From an uncultured Gemmatimonadales bacterium (GTDB lineage Bacteria > Gemmatimonadota > Gemmatimonadetes > Gemmatimonadales > GWC2-71-9): a stretch of DNA of 64,000 nt. The notes under the pieces were generated by a model, which searched no databases, was not told the DNA's origin, and was given only the letters and a program-made list of their open reading frames with translations. The translations under genes and the position numbers were made by a program. The DNA lies in NCBI GenBank assembly GCA_963771275.1, contig CAVYSW010000009.1, forward strand, positions 312,289-376,288. The letters are read 5' to 3'. Below are positions 1-9,257 of the stretch, piece by piece (the stretch's first letter is position 1; each line of letters opens with the position of its first letter).

Positions 1-2
1 CG

Positions 3-890
3 ACGCCCGAGCCCGTCGAGGAGTGGGGGGGCATCGCCTATGCGCTCGCCGCGCTCGAAGCGGCGCTGCCCGACGACTGCGAGATCGTGCCGCTCGTGCG
101 CGTCGGGCGCGATCTCGCCCCCCAGGCCGAGGCCTTCCTGCACCAACTCACCCGCCGCGCGGCGACCGCCCGGTTCATCGTGGTGCCGGAACCCAACAAC
201 CGGGTGACGCTGCGCTACACCTCGGCCCAGCGCCGCGCGGAGCGGCTGGCGGGCGGCGTGCCGCCCTGGACGTGGCGCGAGCTCGGACCGCTGGTGCGGG
301 ACCTCGACGCCGTGTACGTGAACTTCATCTCGGGCTTCGAGCTCGATCTCACCACCGCCCAGCAGCTCCGCTACGGCTTTCCGGGGCCGCTCTACGCCGA
401 TCTCCATTCGCTGCTGCTCGGCGTCTCACATCACGGCGACCGGTTCCCGCAGCCGCTGCCCGACGCGCACCAGTGGTTCGCCTGCTTCGACGTCGTGCAG
501 CTCAACGAGGAGGAGATGGGGCTGGTGGGCGGGGCGCCCATGGCGGTCGCCGCCGCGGCCCTCGCCCAGGGCGTCCGCCTCCTCGTGGTCACCCTCGCCG
601 CGCGGGGCAGCGTGTATTTTTCGGTGCCCGCCTTCACGTTCGCGCGGCCGCCGGCACCGCCGTCCGGACCGATCGAGACGGCGCGGATCCCCGCCGCCCG
701 GGCGCTCGACGAGGGCGACGCCACCGGCTGCGGCGACGTGTTCGGCGGCACGCTCGTCGCGCACCTGCTCCGCGCGACCCCGCTCGCGGACGCGCTGCGG
801 GCGGCGAACGAAGCAGCCGGCCGCAACCTGCAGCACCGCGGCGCCGGCAACCTGCAATACCACCTGCGCGGAGAGATAGCGCCCCGATGA
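3..890 (+). CDS. PfkB-family sugar/nucleoside kinase, 5'-truncated by the window edge
   Basis: Frame 3 is open from the window edge (TPEPVEEWGGIAYALAALE precedes the first Met at 87). It carries the C-terminal PfkB signature DATGCGDVFGG. Its stop overlaps the next start (ATGA at 887-890). Confidence 0.75.
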   Translation, partial: TPEPVEEWGGIAYALAALEAALPDDCEIVPLVRVGRDLAPQAEAFLHQLTRRAATARFIVVPEPNNRVTLRYTSAQRRAERLAGGVPPWTWRELGPLVRDLDAVYVNFISGFELDLTTAQQLRYGFPGPLYADLHSLLLGVSHHGDRFPQPLPDAHQWFACFDVVQLNEEEMGLVGGAPMAVAAAALAQGVRLLVVTLAARGSVYFSVPAFTFARPPAPPSGPIETARIPAARALDEGDATGCGDVFGGTLVAHLLRATPLADALRAANEAAGRNLQHRGAGNLQYHLRGEIAPR

Positions 891-1777
891 CCCGTGTCGT
901 GGAAGTCCCGGCGCATTTCGACGACCGCTCGTTCGATCAGTTCGCCAAGAGCTACGGCGCCGAAGACGGGCGGCGCCTGCTGTTCGACGCGCACGCCGCC
1001 CAGTGGGCCTCGCCGTACGGGCTGCTGGGCCTGCTCACCGCCGGCCAGGCCCTCGCCGAGCAGGGCCGCGAGCGCCCGTTGCTCACGCTGCCGCAGGACC
1101 GTGACGTGCTGCACTACTGGACCCGGACCGGGTTCGCCGAGCACGCGGAGGCGTATTTCGAGCTGCACGGCCGCATCCCGCGCGTGCAGGCGCGCGGCGA
1201 CTCCGACGTGCTGCTCGAGGTCACCCCCGTGCGCGGCGCGGACGACGTCCACGAGGTCGTGCACCACATCCAGGAGCGGGCGGCGACCATGCTGACGCAC
1301 GAGCTGGGACTCGAGGCGCCGGCGACCATGGGCTTCGGGATGGCGCTTTCGGAGGCGTGTCAGAATATTGTAGAGCACGCGGGAACGGGCGGCTGGGTTG
1401 CGGTGCAGACGTACACCTGGCGGCGGCGCCTCGGGCGGCGCGTGGTGGTGATCGCGGTCGCGGACGCCGGCGTCGGGTTTCGACGGTCCCTCGAGGCCAC
1501 GCAGGCCAAGCGCTTCGGCGACCGCTGGGGCGACGCGGCGGCGCTCGAAGCGGCCATGATCCAGGGGATGAGCCGGTTCCGCGACCCGGGACGCGGTCAG
1601 GGCCTGGCCGGGATCCGCCGGTACCTCAACCGCTGGTCCGGCAAGCTGTCAGTACGGAGCGGCACGGCGCGCATGGCCATGGTGCCGGCCTGGGACGACG
1701 ACGTGCCGCTCGCGGATCAGCTCCCGTTCTTTCCCGGCACCCAGCTGCTGATCATCGTGCCGGCACGCGGCGAGTGA
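887..1777 (+). CDS. GHKL (HATPase_c) ATP-binding protein, RsbW/SpoIIAB-like serine-kinase-type core with an uncharacterised N-terminal half
   Basis: This is the second half of track ORF 23..1777, starting at MTRVVEVPAHFDD. Bergerat-fold motifs are present: EACQNIVEHAG (N box), VADAGVGF (G1) and GRGQGLAGI (G2). I saw no DHp/H-box. Confidence 0.7.
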   Translation: MTRVVEVPAHFDDRSFDQFAKSYGAEDGRRLLFDAHAAQWASPYGLLGLLTAGQALAEQGRERPLLTLPQDRDVLHYWTRTGFAEHAEAYFELHGRIPRVQARGDSDVLLEVTPVRGADDVHEVVHHIQERAATMLTHELGLEAPATMGFGMALSEACQNIVEHAGTGGWVAVQTYTWRRRLGRRVVVIAVADAGVGFRRSLEATQAKRFGDRWGDAAALEAAMIQGMSRFRDPGRGQGLAGIRRYLNRWSGKLSVRSGTARMAMVPAWDDDVPLADQLPFFPGTQLLIIVPARGE

Positions 1778-1782
1778 GGGCG

Positions 1783-2313
1783 ATGGCCCGGATCGATTTG
1801 AAAGACGTGCTGCAACGGAGCGTGGCCGGCGTGTACGGCGACCTCGTGACGCGGCGCACGGGTCAGGCCGTCCGCTGCAGCATCGAGCAGATGCTGCCGC
1901 CCACCGACTCCGACCTCGACATCATCGACTTCAGCACGGTCCGGCTGATGGACCACTCCTGCGCCGACGAGATCGTCGGGAAGCTCCTGCTGCACCACGG
2001 CCAGGCCCGCTATTTCCTGCTGGTCGGACTCGACCTGAGTCACGTGGACGCGATCGCGCCGGTGCTCGAGCGACACGCCCTCGTCGTGGTCGCCCAGGAC
2101 CGCGCGGGCACGCTGCAGCTGCTCGGCACGCTGCCGGAGCCCGCGCTGCGCGCGTTCCGCCTCCTCGCTGACTCGGGCCCGGCGGAGCCCGACGAGGTGG
2201 CGGCCCGCCTGGCGCTGTCGCCCGACGCCGCCCGCCAGGCGCTCGAGACGCTGCGCGCGCACCACGTCGTGCGCGAGCAGGCGGGCCACTACCAGGCGCT
2301 GCACGGCGCATGA
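1783..2313 (+). CDS. STAS-like (DUF4325-type) domain protein with a C-terminal winged-helix-like tail
   Basis: Internal Met of track ORF 1357..2313 (MARIDLKDVLQ). The pattern LVTRRTGQAVR...DIIDFSTVRLMDHSCADEIVGKLL is typical of DUF4325. The helical tail is DEVAARLALSPDAARQALETLRAHHVVRE. It starts 5 nt after the previous stop, and its own stop overlaps the next start. Confidence 0.65.
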   Translation: MARIDLKDVLQRSVAGVYGDLVTRRTGQAVRCSIEQMLPPTDSDLDIIDFSTVRLMDHSCADEIVGKLLLHHGQARYFLLVGLDLSHVDAIAPVLERHALVVVAQDRAGTLQLLGTLPEPALRAFRLLADSGPAEPDEVAARLALSPDAARQALETLRAHHVVREQAGHYQALHGA

Positions 2314-3479
2314 CGCCGCGCCGCGCCGGCCTGTCCACGCGCGCCATCCACGGCCCGCCGCACCGCAAGGCGCCCCAGACGCCGGTCAGCACGCCGATCT
2401 TCCAGAGCAGCACGTTCGTCAACGCCGTCGGCTCGACCGACGAGGTGCTCTACACCCGCTACGGCAACAACCCCAATCAGACGGAGCTCGCGGCGCGCCT
2501 CGCGGCGCTGGAAGGCGCGGAGGCCGCGATCTTCCTGTCCAGCGGCATGGGCGCCACGGCCCTGGCGCACCTCGCGATCCTCGCGCCCGGCGACCACCTG
2601 ATCACGAGCGACTGGATCTATGGCGGCACCCGACGCCTGTTCGAGCAGGAGTTCGCGCGGCTCGGGATCGCCGTGAGCTTCGCCGACCCGTCGCTGCCGC
2701 GCAGCTGGAAGGGCCAGCTGCGCAAGACGACCCGTGCGATCTTCCTGGAGACCCCCACGAACCCGCTGATGCGGGTGCTCGACCTCGACCCGATCGCCGC
2801 GCTGTGCCACACCGAAGGCATCGCGCTCCTGGTGGATTCGACGTTCGCCTCGCCGATCAACTTCCGGCCGCTCGAGCACGGGGCGGACGTGGTGATCCAC
2901 AGTGCCACCAAGTACCTCAACGGTCACTCCGACGTCATCGCCGGCGCCGTGGCGGGCACGGAGGAGATGATCGAGGAGGTCCGCCGGCTAATGCAGATCT
3001 ACGGCCAGGCGATCGACCCCCACGCCGCGTGGCTGGTGGAGCGCGGGCTCAAAACGCTCGCGGTGCGGATGGAACGGCACAACGCCAACGGGGCGGCGTT
3101 CGCCCACTGGGCGGGCACCCACCCCGCGGTGACGGCGGTGCACTACCCGGGGCTGGCAAGCCATCCGGACCACGCGCTCGCGGCGGCCACGCTGCAGGGC
3201 TTCGGCGGCATGGTGGGCCTCGAGCTCGCCGACGGCGCCGCCGCGGAGCGGACGCTGCGCCGCCTGCGGGTGGCCCAGCACGCCCCCAGCCTCGGCGGGG
3301 TCGAGACCCTCGTCTCCGAGCCGCGGCGCACGTCCCACGCCTCGCTCACCCCGGCGCAACGAGCCGCCCAGGGCATCCCCGACGGCTTCATCCGCGTGAG
3401 CCTGGGCATCGAGGACGTGGACGACATCATCGCCGATTTCACGCGGGCCCTGACGCGCGGCAGCAGCCGCGCGGGTTGA
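2310..3479 (+). CDS. Cys/Met-metabolism PLP enzyme (cystathionine gamma-synthase / beta-lyase family)
   Basis: 389 aa. It has an N-terminal STRAIHG motif and the PLP-lysine motif HSATKYLNGHSD, with full-length family layout. Confidence 0.9.
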   Translation: MTPRRAGLSTRAIHGPPHRKAPQTPVSTPIFQSSTFVNAVGSTDEVLYTRYGNNPNQTELAARLAALEGAEAAIFLSSGMGATALAHLAILAPGDHLITSDWIYGGTRRLFEQEFARLGIAVSFADPSLPRSWKGQLRKTTRAIFLETPTNPLMRVLDLDPIAALCHTEGIALLVDSTFASPINFRPLEHGADVVIHSATKYLNGHSDVIAGAVAGTEEMIEEVRRLMQIYGQAIDPHAAWLVERGLKTLAVRMERHNANGAAFAHWAGTHPAVTAVHYPGLASHPDHALAAATLQGFGGMVGLELADGAAAERTLRRLRVAQHAPSLGGVETLVSEPRRTSHASLTPAQRAAQGIPDGFIRVSLGIEDVDDIIADFTRALTRGSSRAG

Positions 3480-3488
3480 CGGGCGGCG

Positions 3489-4184
3489 GTGATCAAGCTC
3501 ACCAAGGTGTTCAAGGCGTACCCCAAGGGCGTGCTCGCTTTGCGTGACGTGTCGTTCCATATCGCGAAGGGCGAGTTCACCTTTCTCACCGGTCACTCGG
3601 GCGCGGGCAAGTCCACCGTCCTCAAGCTGATCTACGCCGACGACCTGCCCACCGAGGGCGAGGTACGGGTCTCCGGATTCGTGACGCGCACGTTGCGGCG
3701 CAGCGAGATCCCGCGGCTGCGCCGCCGCCTCGGCATCGTGTTCCAGAACTTCCGGCTGCTCGACAACCGCACCGCCGAGGAAAACGTCGCGTTCGCCCTC
3801 GAGGTCACCGGCGCGCGCCGCAGCGTCACGGGCCCCAAGGTGGCGCGGGTGCTCGCCCAGGTGGGGCTGGCCGCCAAGGCGCGCGCCTACCCGCACGAGC
3901 TCTCGGGCGGCGAGCAGCAGCGCGTCGCGATCGCGCGCGCCCTGGTCAACGACCCGTTCGTCCTGCTGGCGGACGAGCCAACGGGGAATCTCGACGAGCG
4001 CGCCACACGCGGGATCTTCCAGCTGCTGCGCGACATCAACGCGTCGGGCACCGCCGTGATCATGGCCACCCACGATCTCGATCTGGTGCGCCAGGCGCCG
4101 TACCGCACGATCGAGCTGCAGGACGGTGCGGTGGTCTACGACTCCGCGGTGGACGCGGCGGCGGAGTCGGAGGACCTGGCGTGA
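3489..4184 (+). CDS. ftsE: Cell-division ABC ATPase FtsE
   Basis: GTG start. Motifs: Walker A GHSGAGKST, signature LSGGEQQRVAIARAL, Walker B LLADEPTGNLD. It is followed by ftsX with a GTGA overlap. Confidence 0.93.
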   Translation: MIKLTKVFKAYPKGVLALRDVSFHIAKGEFTFLTGHSGAGKSTVLKLIYADDLPTEGEVRVSGFVTRTLRRSEIPRLRRRLGIVFQNFRLLDNRTAEENVAFALEVTGARRSVTGPKVARVLAQVGLAAKARAYPHELSGGEQQRVAIARALVNDPFVLLADEPTGNLDERATRGIFQLLRDINASGTAVIMATHDLDLVRQAPYRTIELQDGAVVYDSAVDAAAESEDLA

Positions 4185-5038
4185 GGCTCGCCGTCCGCGA
4201 GGCCCTGCTCTCGTTCCGGCGCGCCCCGGCGCTGTCGGTGCTCTCGATCACGACGATCGCGTTCGCGCTGTTCGTGGCGAGCCTCGTGGGACTGGTAGCG
4301 CTCAACCTCCGCGCGGCGCTGGCCGACGTGGCGGAGCGGGTCGAGGTCGTCGCGTACGTCATGCGCGGCACGCCGGTCGAGGTCGTGACGACCGCCATGG
4401 GCGACATCGCGAGCTTCCCCGAAGTGGCGGAGGTCGCCTACGTCACCGAAGAGCAGGCCCTCGCCCGGGCCCGCGCGCAGCTGAGCGAGTTCCGGGACGT
4501 GTTCGACGACCTGAGCGTGAATCCGCTGCCGGCGTCCCTCGAGATCCGGCTCAAGCCCGGGTTCCGCGACAGCGGCCACGTGCAGGAGGTCGCCGACCGC
4601 GTGCGCGGGTTCCGCTTCATCGACGACGTGCGCTACGGCCGCGAGTGGGTGGCCAAGCTCGATCGCCTGCGCTCGATCGCCGGCGCCGTCGGACTGCTGG
4701 TGGGCGGCGCGTTCGCCGCGGCCTCGATCATCATCATCGGCACGACGATCCGCATGACGGTGCTGCAGCGGGCCCGCGAGATCAGCATCATGCGCCTGGT
4801 CGGCGCAACGAACGGCTTCATTCGCCTGCCGTTCCTGCTGGAAGGGGCGCTCAAGGGCGCGTTGGGGGGCGTCGTGGCGGTGCTGCTGAGCTACGCCGCG
4901 TACGTCATCGTCAGCCGCCTGTTGCTCCGGGGCCGCTTCTTCTCCGCCGGGGAAGCCGCCCTGATCGTCGTGGTCGGCACGGCGCTCGGCCTGCTCGCCA
5001 GCGCAGTGAGCGTGACGCGCCACCTGCGCGAGGTCTAG
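4181..5038 (+). CDS. ftsX: Cell-division permease-like protein FtsX
   Basis: 285 aa. It has an N-terminal TM segment, a large loop and 3 C-terminal TM segments. It sits directly after ftsE. Confidence 0.9.
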   Translation: MRLAVREALLSFRRAPALSVLSITTIAFALFVASLVGLVALNLRAALADVAERVEVVAYVMRGTPVEVVTTAMGDIASFPEVAEVAYVTEEQALARARAQLSEFRDVFDDLSVNPLPASLEIRLKPGFRDSGHVQEVADRVRGFRFIDDVRYGREWVAKLDRLRSIAGAVGLLVGGAFAAASIIIIGTTIRMTVLQRAREISIMRLVGATNGFIRLPFLLEGALKGALGGVVAVLLSYAAYVIVSRLLLRGRFFSAGEAALIVVVGTALGLLASAVSVTRHLREV

Positions 5039-6238
5039 GTGCGGCCGGCACCGCTCGCGCTGCTGCTTGCCGGGCTCGCGATCCCCGCCGCCGGCGCCAC
5101 CGCCCAGAGCGCCCTCGAGCGCCAGATCCGCGACAACCAGGCACGGCTCGACTCGATTCGCCGCGAGCGCGCCGACGCGCAGGCCCAGCTCACCCGCCTG
5201 CGCGGGCGCGAGCGGGACATCACGGTCGAGATCGCCACCCTCGACCGCCAGGCCCTGGCCACGACGCGACTGGTGAACGAGCTGGATCGCCAGATGGGCA
5301 CCCTCGCGACCCAGGTGGATTCGATCACCTTCGATCTGCTCCTGGCGCAGGACGCCCTGACCGAGAAGCGGGCCGTGCGGGAACGCCGCATCGCGGAGGT
5401 GTACAAGCGCGGCCCACTGTGGGCGTTTCAGGTCCTGCTCGCCGCCGAGAGCTTCGGCGACCTGCTGAGCCGCTACAAGTACCTCTACCTCATCAGCCGC
5501 CAGGACCTGGCGTTGGTCACCGAGGTCGAGCACCTGCGCGACCGCATCGCCCTGGAGCGGCACTCGATGGCCCGCGTCCAGGACCAGGTGGGTCTCAACC
5601 GGGAAGAGCGCGCCCGCGAGCTGGCCCGGTTCCAGCGGCTCGAGCAGGAGCGCCAGCGCAGCCTGCGCCAGACCCGCGCCACGGCCGCGGCGGCGACCGA
5701 GCGGATCTCCTCGCTCGAGCGCGACGAGCGCAACATCAACGATCTGATCACGGCGCTCGAGCGCCGCCGCCGCGAAGCGGTGGCCGCCGGCCGGGCGACG
5801 TTCCCGGCGACGATCACCGACGAGAGCCTCGGCGCGCTCGAGTGGCCGGCCGACGGCCCCGTCCTGTACGAGTTCGGCCGGACGAGCGGGCCGCGCAACA
5901 CGGTGCTGCGGCGCGATGGTATCGGCATCAAGGTGACCCCGGGCAGCGACGTGCGCGGGGTGGCGGGGGGCGAAGTCGTGGTGGCGGGGCCGATGGGGAC
6001 GTACGGCCCGAGCGTCATGCTCGACCACGGCGGCGGCTTCTACACGCTGTACCTCTACCTCTCGTCCGTGACCGTAGTGGCCAACCAGCGGATCGCCGGC
6101 GGCACGGTGGTGGGTCGATCGGGCGGCCAGGCGTCGGAGGAGGGGCCGCACATCGAGTTCCAGATTCGGCAGGCGTCCGGGAGCTCGGGGCAGCCGGTCG
6201 CGCTCGACCCGCTCAACTGGCTGCGGCCCCGCCGCTGA
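5039..6238 (+). CDS. EnvC-like murein hydrolase activator (coiled coil + degenerate M23/LytM domain)
   Basis: Signal peptide, then a long coiled coil rich in Q/R/E/L. The C-terminal LytM fold (MLDHGGGFYTLYLYL) has Y in place of the usual metal-binding H. It lies immediately after ftsEX. Confidence 0.85.
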   Translation: MRPAPLALLLAGLAIPAAGATAQSALERQIRDNQARLDSIRRERADAQAQLTRLRGRERDITVEIATLDRQALATTRLVNELDRQMGTLATQVDSITFDLLLAQDALTEKRAVRERRIAEVYKRGPLWAFQVLLAAESFGDLLSRYKYLYLISRQDLALVTEVEHLRDRIALERHSMARVQDQVGLNREERARELARFQRLEQERQRSLRQTRATAAAATERISSLERDERNINDLITALERRRREAVAAGRATFPATITDESLGALEWPADGPVLYEFGRTSGPRNTVLRRDGIGIKVTPGSDVRGVAGGEVVVAGPMGTYGPSVMLDHGGGFYTLYLYLSSVTVVANQRIAGGTVVGRSGGQASEEGPHIEFQIRQASGSSGQPVALDPLNWLRPRR

Positions 6239-6321
6239 CCATCAGCTCCGCAGCCACCATCAGGACAGCATGACCTCACTGCACCACCCCTTGACCGACC
6301 ACGCGTACTCTGGTACTAATA

Positions 6322-6331
6322 CATACGTATG
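6322..6331 (+). promoter_or_regulatory. Perfect 10-bp palindrome CATACGTATG in an AT-rich patch, candidate TetR operator
   Basis: Seen directly in the sequence. It lies 10 nt upstream of the ATG at 6341 of the TetR gene, in the only AT-rich stretch of that intergenic region. Confidence 0.35.
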
Positions 6332-6340
6332 AATTACAGA

Positions 6341-6943
6341 ATGGACACCAAGACACGGCTCATCGCGGAGGCACGTAACCTCTTTGCCACGAACGGCTTC
6401 AGTGGTGTTGGCGTACGGGAAATCACCCGGGCGGCACATGCCAATCTCGGCGCGGTGACGTACCATTTTGGCTCCAAACGGGCGCTGTATGACGCCGTCT
6501 TCGTGACCATGGGGGACAACCTCGCCACTCGGCTCGAAGCCGCCGCCGCCGCACCAGGCTCCACCGCGTCGAGGCTCGAGGCCATCGTCCACACCCTGTT
6601 CAGCTTCTTTCGGGAAGCGCCCGAGGCGCCCCTCCTCATCCTCCACGAGGTGGCGGCCACCGGCGCGCCGCCTCCCGCGCTGGTTCCCCTGATCCGGCGC
6701 AACCTCCAGGCCGTCGAGCGCGCGCTGCGCGAGGGGCGGGAGCGCGGCGAGGTGCGCGAGGTCGATCCCATGCTGGTCGCCTTCAGCATGATCTCCCAGT
6801 CCGTCTGGTTCGCTCTCGTGGGGCGCTTCCTGCCGGCCATCGGTGCCATTCCTCCGGACGACGGGGCCTTTGCCGCCCGCGTCGAGGCGCACGTCGCCGG
6901 AGTCGTCCGCCGCTCCGTCCTTCCCGAGGCAGATATGCCATGA
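6341..6943 (+). CDS. TetR/AcrR-family transcriptional regulator
   Basis: The N-terminal HTH is TRLIAEARNLFATNGFSGVGVREITRAAHANLGAVTYHFGSKRALY. An alternative ATG at 6329 lies inside the palindrome. The stop overlaps the TolC-like start (ATGA). Confidence 0.85.
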   Translation: MDTKTRLIAEARNLFATNGFSGVGVREITRAAHANLGAVTYHFGSKRALYDAVFVTMGDNLATRLEAAAAAPGSTASRLEAIVHTLFSFFREAPEAPLLILHEVAATGAPPPALVPLIRRNLQAVERALREGRERGEVREVDPMLVAFSMISQSVWFALVGRFLPAIGAIPPDDGAFAARVEAHVAGVVRRSVLPEADMP

Positions 6944-8265
6944 GACGCGCTCTTTTCCTCCTGCTGTTCGCGTCCCCGGCCTGGGCGCAGACGCCCGGCG
7001 GCTCGCTCACGCTTGCGGCCGCGGCACGCCGCGCCCTCGAGGTCCACCCCGGCGTGCGCGGTGCCGCGGCGGCGGTCGCGGGGGCCGAGGCCGCGGTGGG
7101 CGAGGCCCGGAGCCGCTGGTTCCCGCAGCTCGCCACCCAGGCGTCGCTGATCCGCTTCGAGAAGCCGATGGTGGTGACCCCGATCCACGGCTTCGACCAG
7201 GCGCAGCTGGGCCAGATCGCGTTCGACCAGACGCTGATCCAGGGAAACCTCAGCCTCGGCTTCACGCTGTTCGACGGCGGCGCGCGGGGCGCGCGGATCC
7301 ACGCCGCCCGGGCCGACGCCGCGGCCCGCGGCGCCGAGCTGACCGCGACCGAAGCGGACCTCCTCGCCGATGTGGCCGCGCGGTTCCTCGACGTCGTGAC
7401 CGCTGGTGACGTGCTGGCCGCCCAGGAGGGCGGTGTACGCGCGCTCGAGGCGGAACGCGATCGCGTGACGCGCCTGGTGACGGAGGGCGAAGCCGCGGAG
7501 GTCGAGCTGCTCCGCGTGCAGGCCGCCGTCGCCCAGGCCGACGCGGACCGGATCTCGGCCGCCACCCGCCTCGGCGTCGCACGCAGTGGTCTGGCGCGGG
7601 CGATCGGGATCCCCGCCCTGCCCGACACACTGCGACCCGTGCGGCTCACGGCCCGGGCCGTCCCCGCGCGCGACGCGCTGCGCGCGGCCGTCGAGCAGCA
7701 CAATCCGCGGCTCATCGAGGCGGAGCATGCCGTCGAGCGCGCGCGCATGACGCGGCGGGCCGCCGTCGCCGCCTGGTTCCCGCAGCTCGACGCGCTGGGC
7801 GGGCTGTACGCCTATGGCAGCGGCGCCGGCGGTTTCACCACGGAGTGGCAGGCGGGGGTGCGGCTGTCCTACCCGCTGTTCTCCGGCGGCGCCCGGAGCG
7901 GCGCGGTGACGCGCGCCGGGGCGCTCGCCACGGCGGCCGAGGCGCACTACGCCCTTGCCGCGCTCCAAGCGGAGGACGCCCTCGACCGGGCGCTTGGCGC
8001 CGTCGACGACGCGGCCGCCCGCGCTGACGCCGCCCAAACCGTCGTCATTCACCTCACCGATGTCGCCCGGATCGAGCTGCTCTCGCTCCAGAGTGGAGCG
8101 GGCACCGAGGTCGAGTACCTGCGCGCCGAAGCCGACGTGCGCCGCGCGCGGGCCCAGCTCGCGGAGGTCCGCGCCGCGGAGATCAACGCGCGCGTGGCGC
8201 TCGCCAACCTGACCGGAGACCTGTCGCTGGACTGGCTCGCCCAGGCCGTGGAGGACGTCCCATGA
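6940..8265 (+). CDS. TolC-family outer-membrane efflux protein
   Basis: 441 aa with a signal peptide. It shows the two-repeat alpha-helical/beta-barrel OEP composition and sits in an efflux operon. Confidence 0.85.
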   Translation: MRRALFLLLFASPAWAQTPGGSLTLAAAARRALEVHPGVRGAAAAVAGAEAAVGEARSRWFPQLATQASLIRFEKPMVVTPIHGFDQAQLGQIAFDQTLIQGNLSLGFTLFDGGARGARIHAARADAAARGAELTATEADLLADVAARFLDVVTAGDVLAAQEGGVRALEAERDRVTRLVTEGEAAEVELLRVQAAVAQADADRISAATRLGVARSGLARAIGIPALPDTLRPVRLTARAVPARDALRAAVEQHNPRLIEAEHAVERARMTRRAAVAAWFPQLDALGGLYAYGSGAGGFTTEWQAGVRLSYPLFSGGARSGAVTRAGALATAAEAHYALAALQAEDALDRALGAVDDAAARADAAQTVVIHLTDVARIELLSLQSGAGTEVEYLRAEADVRRARAQLAEVRAAEINARVALANLTGDLSLDWLAQAVEDVP

Positions 8266-9257
8266 CCCGAACAACGCGGCTCGCCGCCGCCCTGGCCGTC
8301 ATCGTCGTCCTCGTCGCCGTGGTGCTCGTGGTTGCGCTGCGGCGCGACCACAACGGGGAGGTCCTCGCCTCCGGGACCGTCGAGGTCACCGAGACCGACC
8401 TCGGCTTCCAGGTTCCTGGCCGGATCGACAGCATCGCGGTGCAGGAAGGCGATGACGTCCAAGCCGGCCAGGTGCTTGGCTGGCTGGACCGCACCGAGCT
8501 CGAGGCCCGTCGCCGCGCCGCGGAGGGGCAGCGCGCCGCGGCGGCGGCCCGCCTCGCCGAGCTGGAGCGCGGCTTCCGGACCGAGGAGATCGGCCAGGCG
8601 CGCGAGGCGGCGCGCGCCGCCTCGGAGCGGCTCGATGAGGCGCGGCGCGAGGTGGAGCGCGCCCGTCGGCTGTTCGCCGGCGGCGCGATCAGCCGGCGGC
8701 AGCTGGAGACCGCCGAGACGGCGTTCGCGGTCGCGGAGGCCCAGCACGGCGGCGCGGCGGATCAGCTGACGCTGCTCGAGTCCGGCCCCCGAGTCGAGCA
8801 GATCACCGCGCAGCGCGCCGTCGTCGCGCAGGCCGCCGCCGCGGTGGCCCAGGCCGACGCGGCACTCGACCATGCGGTGATTCGCGCGCCGTTCGACGGC
8901 CAGGTCACGATCCGCCATCGCGAGCCCGGCGAGATCGTCTCCGCCGGCGCTGCCGTGCTCACCGTGGCCAACCGGGCGGACCGCTGGGTGCGGATCTATG
9001 CCCGTGGCGACGAGGTCGGGCGGCTGACGATCGGCCAGGCGGCGGAGATCCGGGCCGACGCGTATCCCGATCGGACCTACGGCGGCGCGATCGCGTTCAT
9101 CGCCAGTGAGGCGGAGTTCACCCCGCGCAACGTCCAGACGACGGAGGAGCGGGTGAAGCTGGTTTATCGCGTGAAGGTGCGAGTCGTCGACGATCCGCGT
9201 TACGACCTCAAGCCCGGCTTGCCCGCCGACGTGCGGATCGCGCCGCGCGCGCCGTGA
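8262..9257 (+). CDS. HlyD-family membrane-fusion (periplasmic adaptor) protein
   Basis: N-terminal TM segment, lipoyl-like half motifs, a long coiled coil (ELEARRRAAEGQRAAAAARLAELERG...), and a C-terminal beta-barrel motif FTPRNVQT. Confidence 0.88.
   Translation: MTRTTRLAAALAVIVVLVAVVLVVALRRDHNGEVLASGTVEVTETDLGFQVPGRIDSIAVQEGDDVQAGQVLGWLDRTELEARRRAAEGQRAAAAARLAELERGFRTEEIGQAREAARAASERLDEARREVERARRLFAGGAISRRQLETAETAFAVAEAQHGGAADQLTLLESGPRVEQITAQRAVVAQAAAAVAQADAALDHAVIRAPFDGQVTIRHREPGEIVSAGAAVLTVANRADRWVRIYARGDEVGRLTIGQAAEIRADAYPDRTYGGAIAFIASEAEFTPRNVQTTEERVKLVYRVKVRVVDDPRYDLKPGLPADVRIAPRAP

Noticed and set aside
23-886. N-terminal 288 codons of the 584-aa track ORF 23..1777
   Set aside because: The translation is Arg/Ala/Pro/Gly-rich and not protein-like. 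It overlaps the well-supported PfkB kinase frame. Only the part from the Met at 887 carries real motifs. This is a typical high-GC out-of-frame ORF.
4126-6273. 715-aa plus-strand ORF and 671-aa minus-strand ORF (4136..6151) covering ftsX/envC
   Set aside because: Both are low-complexity R/G/P/A translations lying out of frame or antisense to genes with clear FtsX and M23/coiled-coil signatures. They are artefacts of GC3-rich coding DNA.
6334-8274. 646-aa minus-strand ORF antisense to the TetR and TolC-like genes
   Set aside because: It has no motifs and an R/G-rich composition. The plus-strand genes have strong family signatures and coupled starts.
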